From NCBI GenBank assembly GCA_022821725.1, contig JAJEDB010000089.1, forward strand, positions 4,074-68,073: DNA of 64,000 nt, read 5' to 3'. Below are positions 39,589 to 48,713 of the stretch, one piece after another; position 1 is the stretch's first letter; each line of letters opens with the position of its first letter. The translations under genes and the position numbers were made by a program. Under the pieces are notes generated by a model. That model did not search any database and was not told the origin of the DNA. It was given only the letters and a program-made list of their open reading frames with translations. This stretch comes from Candidatus Poribacteria bacterium (lineage in GTDB: Bacteria; Poribacteria; WGA-4E; WGA-3G).

Positions 39589-40245
39589 ATGCGGTTAGAA
39601 GTTGGCATCATCGCACTGGTAGAAGAGGTCTTCGGAATACCCGCAGAACGCCGGACCCAATTTGATTGGCTTCGTAATAAACCACGATCCAAAGATTTTG
39701 GTGAGCATTACGATACCGTGATGGCACTCTATGCCGGATTAGACGGGGACTGGCAACGCACAACGGCGAAAGCCGACGGTTACCTAATTCCCGACGCCTA
39801 TTTCCCGGAACCGTACCACTTTATCTTTGAATTTGACGAACTTCAACATTTTACACACTATCGAGAGCAGACCCTCGGGTTCTACCCAGCGGACATCCCG
39901 CTCGCCTATGAACCGCAGAAATACCGTCAGTTTTGCCGACAACACCACGTGGCAGCACTCGCAAAAGGACCGGATCGGTTTCGGCGACACACAGCGGATT
40001 TTCCATACGTCAACGGTCGCGCCGCACAACGCGCTTTTTTCGATACGTTTCGGGACTGGCTACCCCCTCTGCACGGTCTCAATCCAACCGTGAGGTTAGC
40101 CGAATTTGAAGTATCATCTATTCTCAATGGACAATTAACAGGAGATGCCGCAAGGACCTATATGGAACGTTTATTGTGCGAACGCCTTAAAATAGCTTCA
40201 ACCGCTACAAAAAACACAAAAGGTAGGATAAACACAACTACATGA
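39589..40245 (+). CDS. hypothetical protein (218 aa)
   Basis: Coherent ORF, translationally coupled (ATGA) to the downstream PLP enzyme. No recognised motif. Confidence 0.45.
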   Translation: MRLEVGIIALVEEVFGIPAERRTQFDWLRNKPRSKDFGEHYDTVMALYAGLDGDWQRTTAKADGYLIPDAYFPEPYHFIFEFDELQHFTHYREQTLGFYPADIPLAYEPQKYRQFCRQHHVAALAKGPDRFRRHTADFPYVNGRAAQRAFFDTFRDWLPPLHGLNPTVRLAEFEVSSILNGQLTGDAARTYMERLLCERLKIASTATKNTKGRINTTT

Positions 40246-41171
40246 GCAAGCGAAAGCCTGAAAAGGTGAATCTTTCAGAATATCCACTGCTTCAGATAAT
40301 AGGACAAACACCGCTCGCTAAAATAGACCTTTTTGCAAACGAGTTACCGAACGTTGACATCTACGCGAAGGTGGAAACCTATAACCCCGGCGGCTCGATT
40401 AAAGATCGACCGGTCTTAAGGATGCTCACTGAGGCGATTGCCTCGGGAGAACTCACACGCGAAAAAGTTATCCTCGATTCCAGCTCCGGCAATGCAGGGA
40501 TTGCTTACGCGATGATAGGTGCCACACTCGGCTACAAAGTCGAACTCGTGATCCCGGACAACGCCAGCGAAGAACGAAAAAAACGGATCCATTCACACGG
40601 GGCAGACATTATCTATACGGATGCTATCCTCGGTTACGATGAAGCCCTCCGAGAAGTCGATCGGCGTTATGAAGCGGATCCTGAGCGGTATTTCTTCAAA
40701 TCGCAATACGAAAACGACAACAACTGGCGCGCCCATTATGAAACAACGGGTGTCGAAATTTGGAACCAGACAGGCGGAAAAGTCACACACTTTGTCGCAG
40801 GTGTAGGCACTGGTGGGACCATCACGGGTGCCGGCAGGCGGCTTAAAAGTTATAATCCCGATATCCAAGTCTGTTCTATTTCACCAGAGGCGTTCCCGGG
40901 TATCGAAGGACTCAAACCGCTCGGACATCCAGACGACATCGTTCCAGAAATCTTGGATGAATCCGTGATCGATTGCCGGATTCCTGCGACCATTGAAAAT
41001 GCGCACGAGATGTGCAGTCGACTCGCACGACGGGGATGGTTCGTCGGACAATCCTCGGGTGGCTATCTCTACGGCGCGTATAAAGTCGCTCAACAAATTC
41101 AGGAAGGTGTTATCGTCACGGTGTTTAATGATTTGGGAGAACGCTATTTCAGTACAAGATTATGGGATTAA
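40242..41171 (+). CDS. Cysteine synthase family PLP-dependent enzyme (CysK/CysM-like)
   Basis: PLP-lysine motif NPGGSIKDRPV; glycine-rich loop GVGTGGTITG; SSGNAG segment. Confidence 0.7.
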   Translation: MSKRKPEKVNLSEYPLLQIIGQTPLAKIDLFANELPNVDIYAKVETYNPGGSIKDRPVLRMLTEAIASGELTREKVILDSSSGNAGIAYAMIGATLGYKVELVIPDNASEERKKRIHSHGADIIYTDAILGYDEALREVDRRYEADPERYFFKSQYENDNNWRAHYETTGVEIWNQTGGKVTHFVAGVGTGGTITGAGRRLKSYNPDIQVCSISPEAFPGIEGLKPLGHPDDIVPEILDESVIDCRIPATIENAHEMCSRLARRGWFVGQSSGGYLYGAYKVAQQIQEGVIVTVFNDLGERYFSTRLWD

Positions 41172-41202
41172 TTTTTAATAGTTCGCAAGGAAAATTATAG
41201 AT

Positions 41203-42453
41203 ATGGAAACAACCGTTATTCCGTTTCGAGGTTTACGCTACAACGCGACTCAGGTGGAAAGCATTGAGAACGTTATCGCCCCTCCCTACGATGTCATCAA
41301 ATCCGATGAGCGGGGCGCTTTAGAGGCACGCCACCCCGCCAATATCATTCGTTTAATCTTAAGCCAACCGCAAGACAATGATACTGACCACGAAAACCAG
41401 TACACTCGTGCCGCTGTCCGCATGAAGCAGTGGATTTCAGATGGCACGCTCGTCAGAGACACAACACCCCGTTATTACATCTATGACCAATCCTTCAATG
41501 CCCCTGACGGAAAAAACTATACACGCCGTGCATTAATAGCACTCGTGAAACTCGAGCCCTTTGAAAATCGGGTGGTCCTACCGCACGAAAAAACACACGC
41601 CGGACCGAAGGCGGACCGACTCAATCTCATGCGGGAATGTCACGCCAATCTCAGCCCGATCTTCCTCCTCTATGCCGACCCCGCAGCGGATATTGAACAG
41701 ATACTGGAGGATTTCACGGATAAAAATCAGCCTCAGATTGACTGTCCTGAAACCTTTGGAAGCACGCACCGACTCTGGTGTTTAGACGACACAGAACGCA
41801 ATCGTGAGATTCAGGCTCTTTTCTCAACAAAACCGCTCCTGATCGCCGATGGACATCATCGTTATGAAACCGCTCTCGCTTTCCGAGCTGAAATGGCGCA
41901 GCAGACATCAAACGGTTACGGCTACATGATGGTGAACCTCGTCAGAATGGAATCACCGGGGTTGGCGGTCTTAGCAATCCATAGACTCCTGTCTAACCTC
42001 ACTGCAGATCGGATCACACACGCTATCGCGAAACTGCCAGAGGCGTTTGAGGTTCATGAAATTGATACACAGGCAGCTCTCATGGCACAATTGGATACGA
42101 TGAGAGGGAAATCCCCCGCAGTTGGCATGTACACAGCAGACGACACCTACCGTCTGTTGATTCCGCATTCAACGTCCACTAACCCACTGGATGTAACGCT
42201 TGTTCAAGAAACCCTCATCAAAAATCTATTTCAGATTGAAACACTGGCGGAACACATCAGTTACACCGCATACACAGATGATGCCGTTGCACACGTGAAA
42301 GAAGGCACAGACAGGGTCGCACTTCTGATGAACCCAACCCCCGTTGAACAGGTCTTAGATGTGGCTATGGCAGGATCCACAATGCCACAGAAATCCACCT
42401 ACTTCTATCCGAAGATGGCAACAGGGTTGGTCTTAAATTTGTTGAATGAATAA
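41203..42453 (+). CDS. DUF1015-family conserved protein
   Basis: IADGHHRYETALAFR and the N-terminal FRGLRY…APPYDVI are the family hallmarks. It is preceded by CGCAAGGAAAATTATAGAT-ATG. Confidence 0.55.
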   Translation: METTVIPFRGLRYNATQVESIENVIAPPYDVIKSDERGALEARHPANIIRLILSQPQDNDTDHENQYTRAAVRMKQWISDGTLVRDTTPRYYIYDQSFNAPDGKNYTRRALIALVKLEPFENRVVLPHEKTHAGPKADRLNLMRECHANLSPIFLLYADPAADIEQILEDFTDKNQPQIDCPETFGSTHRLWCLDDTERNREIQALFSTKPLLIADGHHRYETALAFRAEMAQQTSNGYGYMMVNLVRMESPGLAVLAIHRLLSNLTADRITHAIAKLPEAFEVHEIDTQAALMAQLDTMRGKSPAVGMYTADDTYRLLIPHSTSTNPLDVTLVQETLIKNLFQIETLAEHISYTAYTDDAVAHVKEGTDRVALLMNPTPVEQVLDVAMAGSTMPQKSTYFYPKMATGLVLNLLNE

Positions 42454-42539
42454 TCCGATAAATCTTTGTAGGGCCTGCTGTCAATAAGGGCGTTGAAATT
42501 TTCAAACCCCGTTCATCGAACTGCAAGGAAAATTAAAAA

Positions 42540-43580
42540 ATGTATTATGAACAGGAACGAGATACATTAGCATTTTCGCATCAATTATATGCGGAGACCC
42601 CGCGTCAACTCGCATTCCAGGCGACGAGCATTACAGAGGCAGAAGCCTGGCAGCGCGAACTCCGGGCAAAACTTATCGAATTAGTTGGTGGTTTTCCGCA
42701 GGAAGCCTGCGACCTACAGCCCCAAGTTCTGGATTCTTGCGAATTTCCGACCTATTTCCGCGAGACGGTGGAGTTTCAGAGTCGTCCACACGCCAATATT
42801 TTCGGATATTTCCTTTCTCCGAAGCCTCTCGACAGTTCGACCCCGAACCCAACGATCCTCTGCTTAGCAGGGCACGGGCGCGGTGTAGACGATATTGTCG
42901 GCATCGAGGAAGATGGCACCCTGCGATCAGAATATGGCGGTTATCAGAACGACTTCGCGCTCCAATGCGTAGCAAACGGGTACACCGTGCTTGCCATTGA
43001 ACAATTCGGATTTGGCCACCGACGGGATCCGATTGCGCATGAGAAGGGTGGTGGGAGTTCTTCATGTCAACCGAGTGCCGGTGCTGCGCTCCTCTTAGGC
43101 CATACGATGGTAGGATGGCGGGTTTACGATGCGATGCGCGCCCTTGACTATCTGGTAACGCGCCCGGAGGTCGATACGAACCGCATCGGCGTGATGGGAA
43201 TATCTGGTGGTGGCACAACGACCTTCTTCACTGCCGCAATTGATGAACGTGTCAAGGCAGCCATTGTGAGCGGTTACTTCAACACGTTTCGGGACAGTAT
43301 CCTGAGCCTCAGCCATTGTATAGACAATTATATACCAAATGTGCTACAATATGCGGAAATGTACGACATCGCAGGGTTGATCGCACCGCGCGCCCTGTTC
43401 GTTGAATCCGGTACGGAAGACACGATCTTTCCGATTGAAGCCACCCGCTTTGCGGTTAACGCCGCAAACGCAATTTACAAATGCTTCGATGCTGAAGACA
43501 AATTAGGTCTTGAGGTATTTGAGGCAGGACATAGTTTCCATGGTGTTGGCGCATTTGAATTTCTTAAACAGGTGCTATAA
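42540..43580 (+). CDS. Alpha/beta hydrolase (acetyl esterase/dienelactone hydrolase-like)
   Basis: Nucleophile elbow GISGGG. C-terminal acid and His region (ESGTEDTIFP, AGHSFHG). Confidence 0.6.
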   Translation: MYYEQERDTLAFSHQLYAETPRQLAFQATSITEAEAWQRELRAKLIELVGGFPQEACDLQPQVLDSCEFPTYFRETVEFQSRPHANIFGYFLSPKPLDSSTPNPTILCLAGHGRGVDDIVGIEEDGTLRSEYGGYQNDFALQCVANGYTVLAIEQFGFGHRRDPIAHEKGGGSSSCQPSAGAALLLGHTMVGWRVYDAMRALDYLVTRPEVDTNRIGVMGISGGGTTTFFTAAIDERVKAAIVSGYFNTFRDSILSLSHCIDNYIPNVLQYAEMYDIAGLIAPRALFVESGTEDTIFPIEATRFAVNAANAIYKCFDAEDKLGLEVFEAGHSFHGVGAFEFLKQVL

Positions 43581-43594
43581 ACAAGGAGAATAGA

Positions 43595-44389
43595 GTGGCA
43601 ATTGAACTGTTTTCAATCGGCACGGAGTTAGTACTTGGTCAGATTCAGGACACCAATGCTCACTGGATTGCACAGCAAATCCTCCAGATTGGTGGCGAAC
43701 TGAGGCGAGTCACAATGCTACGCGACGACCGCGAGGAGATGTCCGAGGCATTGGATTCGGCAATAGAACGGGAAACATCGCTTATTCTTACAACAGGGGG
43801 TCTTGGACCTACACCCGACGATATGACCGTTGATGTGGTGTCTTCACTCATCGGCACGACCTCTGTAGTGAACGAAGAAACCGTCGCCGAATATCGGAGA
43901 CGCCGAGGGATATCAGAGAACGATGTCATCAATGAAGCCTTGATGAAAATGGCGACTGTACCGGAAACGGCTGTCGTCTTGCAGAACCCTGCCGGATGGG
44001 CGCCCTGTATCAGCGTGGCACACAAGTCTTCTACCATCATGATGATGCCCGGTCCACCGCGCGAGATGAAGGCAATTTTTGAAACCCATATTCAACCCCT
44101 GATCGCAGAACGTTACCGGGCAGAAATTACAACGACGCGGGTGCACGTCAATATGTTTGAAGCCGAAGTTTCGCCACTGATGCAGAAAGTGATGGAACGC
44201 TACCCAGATGTCTATCTAAAGGCGTATGTCGCTCTCCGCGAAGCGGATGGTGACAAAATGCCAGTCGATCTTGTTTCAACAAGCACGGACAAAGCGGATG
44301 CCGAAACGCAATTGGAACTCGCTACGTCTTACTTCCAAGAACTTGTTGTTGAAGCAGGCAAATTTTTTAGTTTCGAAAACGAATCATAA
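43595..44389 (+). CDS. CinA-like molybdopterin-binding (MoCF) domain protein
   Basis: GTG start after [36 protein letters not shown]…[15 protein letters not shown] is the CinA N-terminal domain signature. There is no PncC-type C-terminal domain. Confidence 0.6.
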   Translation: MAIELFSIGTELVLGQIQDTNAHWIAQQILQIGGELRRVTMLRDDREEMSEALDSAIERETSLILTTGGLGPTPDDMTVDVVSSLIGTTSVVNEETVAEYRRRRGISENDVINEALMKMATVPETAVVLQNPAGWAPCISVAHKSSTIMMMPGPPREMKAIFETHIQPLIAERYRAEITTTRVHVNMFEAEVSPLMQKVMERYPDVYLKAYVALREADGDKMPVDLVSTSTDKADAETQLELATSYFQELVVEAGKFFSFENES

Positions 44390-44427
44390 ACGGACACTGA
44401 CAGTCCGTAAAAAGGAGATTTATACTG

Positions 44428-44789
44428 TGAATCGCAGACCTTCAGGAAATTCAAGGAGACCGCAGACGCGGCGGTCTAACCAGAAACGGAAGCCAAAACC
44501 TAAGAAACGACGAGATGCCGATGCCAAATTGGATACTGAAGTCCAACCGGAAGGCGAAGAGCAAACCTCCTCCTCTAAAAAGGATAAAATAGAGGTGGAA
44601 GGCACGGTTGTGGAACCTTTACCCAACGCGATGTTTCGCGTGGAATTGGAAAATAAGCATCAGATTCTCGCACATATTTCCGGCAGAATGCGGAAATTCT
44701 TCATCAAAATTTTGCCCGGTGATAAGGTGACTGTAGAACTCTCGCCTTACGATCTGACAAGGGGTCGTATTACCTACCGGAAAAAGTAG
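44428..44789 (+). CDS. infA: Translation initiation factor IF-1 with an ~50-aa basic N-terminal extension
   Basis: The C-terminal 70 aa, [68 protein letters not shown], are canonical IF-1. GTG at 44428 has an AAGGAG RBS. The ORF-track ATG at 44226 lies inside the upstream gene. Confidence 0.7.
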
Positions 44790-44914
44790 TTTCCAAATAG
44801 ACTCGTAGGCGCGGTTTTTCCGCCGCGCATCGGTCATCAATTTTCGTAAGTCTGAACACCCCAAACCATGCTCTATTTACAAAACTGATTTTATCACGCT
44901 TTGGGATATTCATA

Positions 44915-45730
44915 ATGAAACCTGCCGGATTAATTCACGCCACTCTCGCCGCTGAAAAGGAAACAGCCCGACTCTTGGAGGCTATTGAAGCGAAACAGAG
45001 GCAGGTAGAAGAACTTACAATAGCAATCGAGACGCTGAGATCAGAAGTTGACGTATTTGAGAGACGCTACAACGCTCATATCAGCCGCTACTACCTCGAA
45101 CTCGATACAGTTGAACTCGAAATGAAGGAGTATCGCCTTCGTCTACAGCTGCGTCGAGAAAACGTAAACGAAGAAGAGATAGAAGCGCGGGTCGAATCGT
45201 GTTTCAGGGCAAGCCGCGCACGCGTTGACGCTTATGAAGCAGTAAATGAAGCAGAACCAACGCCTCCAGCGGATAAACTCCCTGATGCCAAAGCGAAGCA
45301 TTTACAAGACCTCTACCGCAAACTCGCCAAACGGTATCATCCAGACAAAACCATAGACACCGAGGAATCGAAACGACGCGAACAACTCATGCCGCTCATT
45401 AACCGTGCCTATAACGAACACGATCTTGAGACTTTAGAGCGGTTAAGCCTCGGTGAAACAGAACTACACGTCCCTGAAAAAACAGTGATTGAGAAGCGAA
45501 AAGCGTTACAAACGGAACTGCGACAGCTGAACCGAGTCGCGAGTCAATTGGGATTTGAGATAAACCGACTCAAGACGGGCCGCACCTATCAACTGAAACA
45601 ACAGGTAGAAACCGCCAAAAGAACGGGGACAGATCTCCTTACGACCCTTGCCAAAGATTTAGAGCGAAAAATCAAAGCAAGCCGGGGGCAACTCGCACGC
45701 CTCATGAATATGTGGCACCGTGCGCAATGA
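44915..45730 (+). CDS. J-domain-like protein with an N-terminal coiled coil
   Basis: YRKLAKRYHPDK HPD motif in a helical context. The N-terminal half has heptad-rich stretches. Confidence 0.5.
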   Translation: MKPAGLIHATLAAEKETARLLEAIEAKQRQVEELTIAIETLRSEVDVFERRYNAHISRYYLELDTVELEMKEYRLRLQLRRENVNEEEIEARVESCFRASRARVDAYEAVNEAEPTPPADKLPDAKAKHLQDLYRKLAKRYHPDKTIDTEESKRREQLMPLINRAYNEHDLETLERLSLGETELHVPEKTVIEKRKALQTELRQLNRVASQLGFEINRLKTGRTYQLKQQVETAKRTGTDLLTTLAKDLERKIKASRGQLARLMNMWHRAQ

Positions 45731-45734
45731 AGGA

Positions 45735-45847
45735 TTTTTAATTTTACCTTGCGGGAGAACGACGCGAGTTTAGATTTTGATGTACCTTCCTTTTTTAATT
45801 TTACCTTGCGGAAGAACGACGCGAGTTTAGATTTTAATGTGCCTTCC
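45735..45847. repeat. Two tandem ~56-bp direct repeats; each unit contains TTAATTTTACCTTGCGG
   Basis: TTTTAATTTTACCTTGCGG[GA]AGAACGACGCGAGTTTAGATTTT[GA]ATGT[AG]CCTTCC is present twice, head to tail. Confidence 0.8.
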
Positions 45848-45909
45848 TAAGTACCCGCCTGCGCCGCTGTTGCAGGCTGCGGTTTTGATGCGAATTGAAG
45901 GAAAGAATT

Positions 45910-46644
45910 ATGCAACTGAAAGATAAAGTCGTTATTATCACGGGTGGTGGGCGCGGCATCGGCAGAGCCATCGCTATCGCTTACGCCGCTGAAGGCGCAC
46001 GGATTGTCATTGCGGCGCGAAGTACCGAACAACTTAACGAAGTCGCCAAAGAAATAACCGAGCAGGGCGGAGAAGTCCGCACCGTGCCAACCGACTTGCG
46101 CCACCAGACAGACGTGGAGAACCTCGTTCAACAAACCGTCAACACGTTCGGTCGAATAGACATTCTCGTCAACAATGCCGGTATCAATCCGCGAGGTCCG
46201 TTCTTGGATAGCACAGACGCGGAGTGGGAACAGGGATGGCAGATTAACGTCATGGGTGTCGTGCGTTGCTGCCGTGCCGTGTTGCCGATCATGAAACAGC
46301 AGGGAAGTGGAAACATTATTAACGTCGGGTCCGGTATGGGACAGGTGGGCCGGTCAAACCTCAGCGTCTACTGTGCTTCCAAAGCGGCATTGCATGGGCT
46401 GACCCAATCCATTGCTGAAGAGGTCTGGGAGGACGGCATCATCGCGAACGTTCTCATCCCCGGTCCCGTGAGAACGGAACTCTCAAAACCCGCGTGGGAG
46501 GATTCGGATACCTTCAGGGCAGAAAGCGACCCGTGGAAAGAACCCGAGCAGGTCGTGGCATCGGCACTGTTTCTCGCAGCGCAGCCGCCTGATAGTGGCA
46601 TGACAGGTCAGATTCTGAGCATCATGCGTCGCAACAGTCCGTAA
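45910..46644 (+). CDS. SDR-family oxidoreductase
   Basis: TGGGRGIGRAIA Rossmann motif; NNAG; catalytic YCASKAA; PG motif. Confidence 0.8.
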   Translation: MQLKDKVVIITGGGRGIGRAIAIAYAAEGARIVIAARSTEQLNEVAKEITEQGGEVRTVPTDLRHQTDVENLVQQTVNTFGRIDILVNNAGINPRGPFLDSTDAEWEQGWQINVMGVVRCCRAVLPIMKQQGSGNIINVGSGMGQVGRSNLSVYCASKAALHGLTQSIAEEVWEDGIIANVLIPGPVRTELSKPAWEDSDTFRAESDPWKEPEQVVASALFLAAQPPDSGMTGQILSIMRRNSP

Positions 46645-46670
46645 GCGACAGGCACTAAATACCACATTTT

Positions 46671-47723
46671 TTACAAGGGAAACGTGACGCGCCGTCCCTC
46701 TTGCGCCGAGCGGTATGCCCCTAAAATCATCTCCACCGCAACCCGCCCATCTTCCACTGTGACATCGGATTCCGTTCCGTTCTTCAAGCAGTCGATAAAG
46801 GGACGCGGCACCCCACCAATCCGTTCGCCGTGCCCGTCCGGAATTGGGATCCCCAAATCGTTCCATGCGGGTTCCTCTCGCGTATACAACTTAAGTGCGA
46901 CAGCATCTGCAGGGCGCGGGATATTGCATGAAGGGGCATCGCCGTAATTCTGAATGACCACGCCTTCATCGCCATAGATTTCCGTGGTATTCTCTCCGGC
47001 GAGAGTCACAGATGTATTCAGCAGAATCGCCATCTCACCCCCTGCAAACCGATAGACAGCCAAGCCTGTGTCATCGGGTGCGACATCCGTCAAGATATTA
47101 TCAATTTCGGCGATGACACTCGTCGGTTTCCCGAGCATCCAGTGGATAAAATCGGTTGCGTGAGAGGCATCGTCCATGAACATGCCCATGTTCTTCTCCG
47201 GATCGATGTGCCAACGGCTGGGTCCCGTCACGAAGGCTTCACTAAACAACGCATTGATACAGTGTCGGCGGCGCAGCACACCGATCTTACCCAGAACACC
47301 GCTGTCAATGATCTCTTTCATTGCGATGTTTGCTGGATCGCGCCGCATCTGATGACCCATCATAAATTTTACACCCGTTTTCTCGACGATCTCGGCAATC
47401 CGATCGCAATCTTCCAAGGTGAGAGCCATCGGCTTTTGGCAGAGGATGTCCTTTCCTTCCGAGGCGGCTGCCACCACCATTTCTGCATGTCGATTCGTTT
47501 CAGATGTCACGATAACGGCGTGAATCTCGGGGTGGTTGGTAATATCTTCAAGGTGCGGTGAGTAACGCATGCCGTATTGCGTTGCCGCGGCTTCTCCGCG
47601 CTCAACGTTATCGTCCCAACACGCAACGAGTTCAACATCGTCAAACGCCTGCATCTGGTTGCAGTATGCGTTGGCGTGTCCGTGTGCAAAACTGATGATG
47701 CCGATACCAATTTTCGTGTTCAT
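46671..47723 (-). CDS. Gfo/Idh/MocA-family oxidoreductase
   Basis: KIGIGIISFAHGHANAY N-terminus; CQKPMALT EKP-type motif. Confidence 0.7.
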   Translation of the reverse strand: MNTKIGIGIISFAHGHANAYCNQMQAFDDVELVACWDDNVERGEAAATQYGMRYSPHLEDITNHPEIHAVIVTSETNRHAEMVVAAASEGKDILCQKPMALTLEDCDRIAEIVEKTGVKFMMGHQMRRDPANIAMKEIIDSGVLGKIGVLRRRHCINALFSEAFVTGPSRWHIDPEKNMGMFMDDASHATDFIHWMLGKPTSVIAEIDNILTDVAPDDTGLAVYRFAGGEMAILLNTSVTLAGENTTEIYGDEGVVIQNYGDAPSCNIPRPADAVALKLYTREEPAWNDLGIPIPDGHGERIGGVPRPFIDCLKNGTESDVTVEDGRVAVEMILGAYRSAQEGRRVTFPL

Positions 47724-47726
47724 ATA

Positions 47727-48224
47727 TTAATTTATCCAATCTACAAGTGCTTGTTGTGAATCTATTTCTGGATTAAAAATTTGCAATCCCTCTGTGCGTG
47801 CGGCTCTAAGAAGGCGTTGATCTGAGGCAACAAGGACCAATGTATCGTCTGTGCTGCGGAGTTCTGCTGCAATGTTCAATGCAGAACGCAAAACCATTGC
47901 ATCAACACTGTTGAGCGAATGCGTTTCAATTAAATCCATTGAGTCCCAAACAAGTGAATCGGTAACCGAAATCTTTCTGAAGTTGGACTGATTATTAATG
48001 ACCTCACGCCTTAAGTGCATGACAGCCCTTTCAAACTGATGATCAGTGATACGGCCGTCGTTTCGTTTGCGGACACAGATCCAAAAGACTTCCATTGCGC
48101 CAATTGTCAAGCACGATAAACGCGCCAGAGGCACATTGCGAAAAAGAAAGAGCATTTTATCACTACCAGATTCGCGGGTATATCTTTTAACAAGCGCGCT
48201 CGCATCAAGATAGAAATAGTACAA
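47727..48224 (-). CDS. PIN-domain ribonuclease (VapC-like toxin)
   Basis: N-terminal YLDASALVKRY acidic motif. LVLVASDQRLLRAA fits the distal PIN Asp motif. It is immediately preceded by a small gene. Confidence 0.6.
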   Translation of the reverse strand: MYYFYLDASALVKRYTRESGSDKMLFLFRNVPLARLSCLTIGAMEVFWICVRKRNDGRITDHQFERAVMHLRREVINNQSNFRKISVTDSLVWDSMDLIETHSLNSVDAMVLRSALNIAAELRSTDDTLVLVASDQRLLRAARTEGLQIFNPEIDSQQALVDWIN

Positions 48225-48226
48225 GA

Positions 48227-48574
48227 TTACTTCTCCCGCTCTGCGATAATTGCGCGACTAAACTCATTATCCTCAGCACGAATACCGTGTTGTCTCATAC
48301 TTTCATGAAGATCCTCAATAGAACCCGGATCAAAATCAGGCGGAATTCCCATCTTTTCAAATATTCTGTCCAGAGCTTCCTGAGCACGATGAGCATCCTG
48401 CTTGTCGTTTTTTAGGGTTTCAGCTCCCTTCAGCGCGGAGGCAGTTTCGCGGTCTTTCGGAACATCTAGCTCCATTTGCTCAACAATCTCAGAAAGCTTC
48501 TGATTTACCTCGGTCATTATTTTCTCCAACCGATCTAAACGTTGGGCAATGGTTTCGAGTGTGTCTTTTTCCAT
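48227..48574 (-). CDS. Small coiled-coil protein, candidate antitoxin partner of the PIN toxin (atypical)
   Basis: Its stop is 3 nt from the PIN start. 115 aa, helical. No classic AbrB/RHH/Phd motif. Confidence 0.4.
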   Translation of the reverse strand: MEKDTLETIAQRLDRLEKIMTEVNQKLSEIVEQMELDVPKDRETASALKGAETLKNDKQDAHRAQEALDRIFEKMGIPPDFDPGSIEDLHESMRQHGIRAEDNEFSRAIIAEREK

Positions 48575-48713
48575 TGTAAAGCCCTCCTGTATCTTTCCCG
48601 AGATGGCACAAACTCATACGTTTATGCTACAAAGAATTATCTTTTGTCCTTACATCGAACTCGTATTATGTAGGATACCACATTAATCAGTGGATGTCAC
48701 GTCAAGATCCGAA

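Noticed and set aside
7218-42496. Shared 14-mer CAATAAGGGCGTTG at 7218 and 42483
   Set aside because: Roughly 15 such 14-mer coincidences are expected by chance in 64 kb on both strands. I do not count it as part of the repeat family without further support.
45735-45847. Possible CRISPR array
   Set aside because: There are only two directly abutting repeat units with no spacers, no cas genes in the window, and the repeat is not palindromic in the CRISPR sense.
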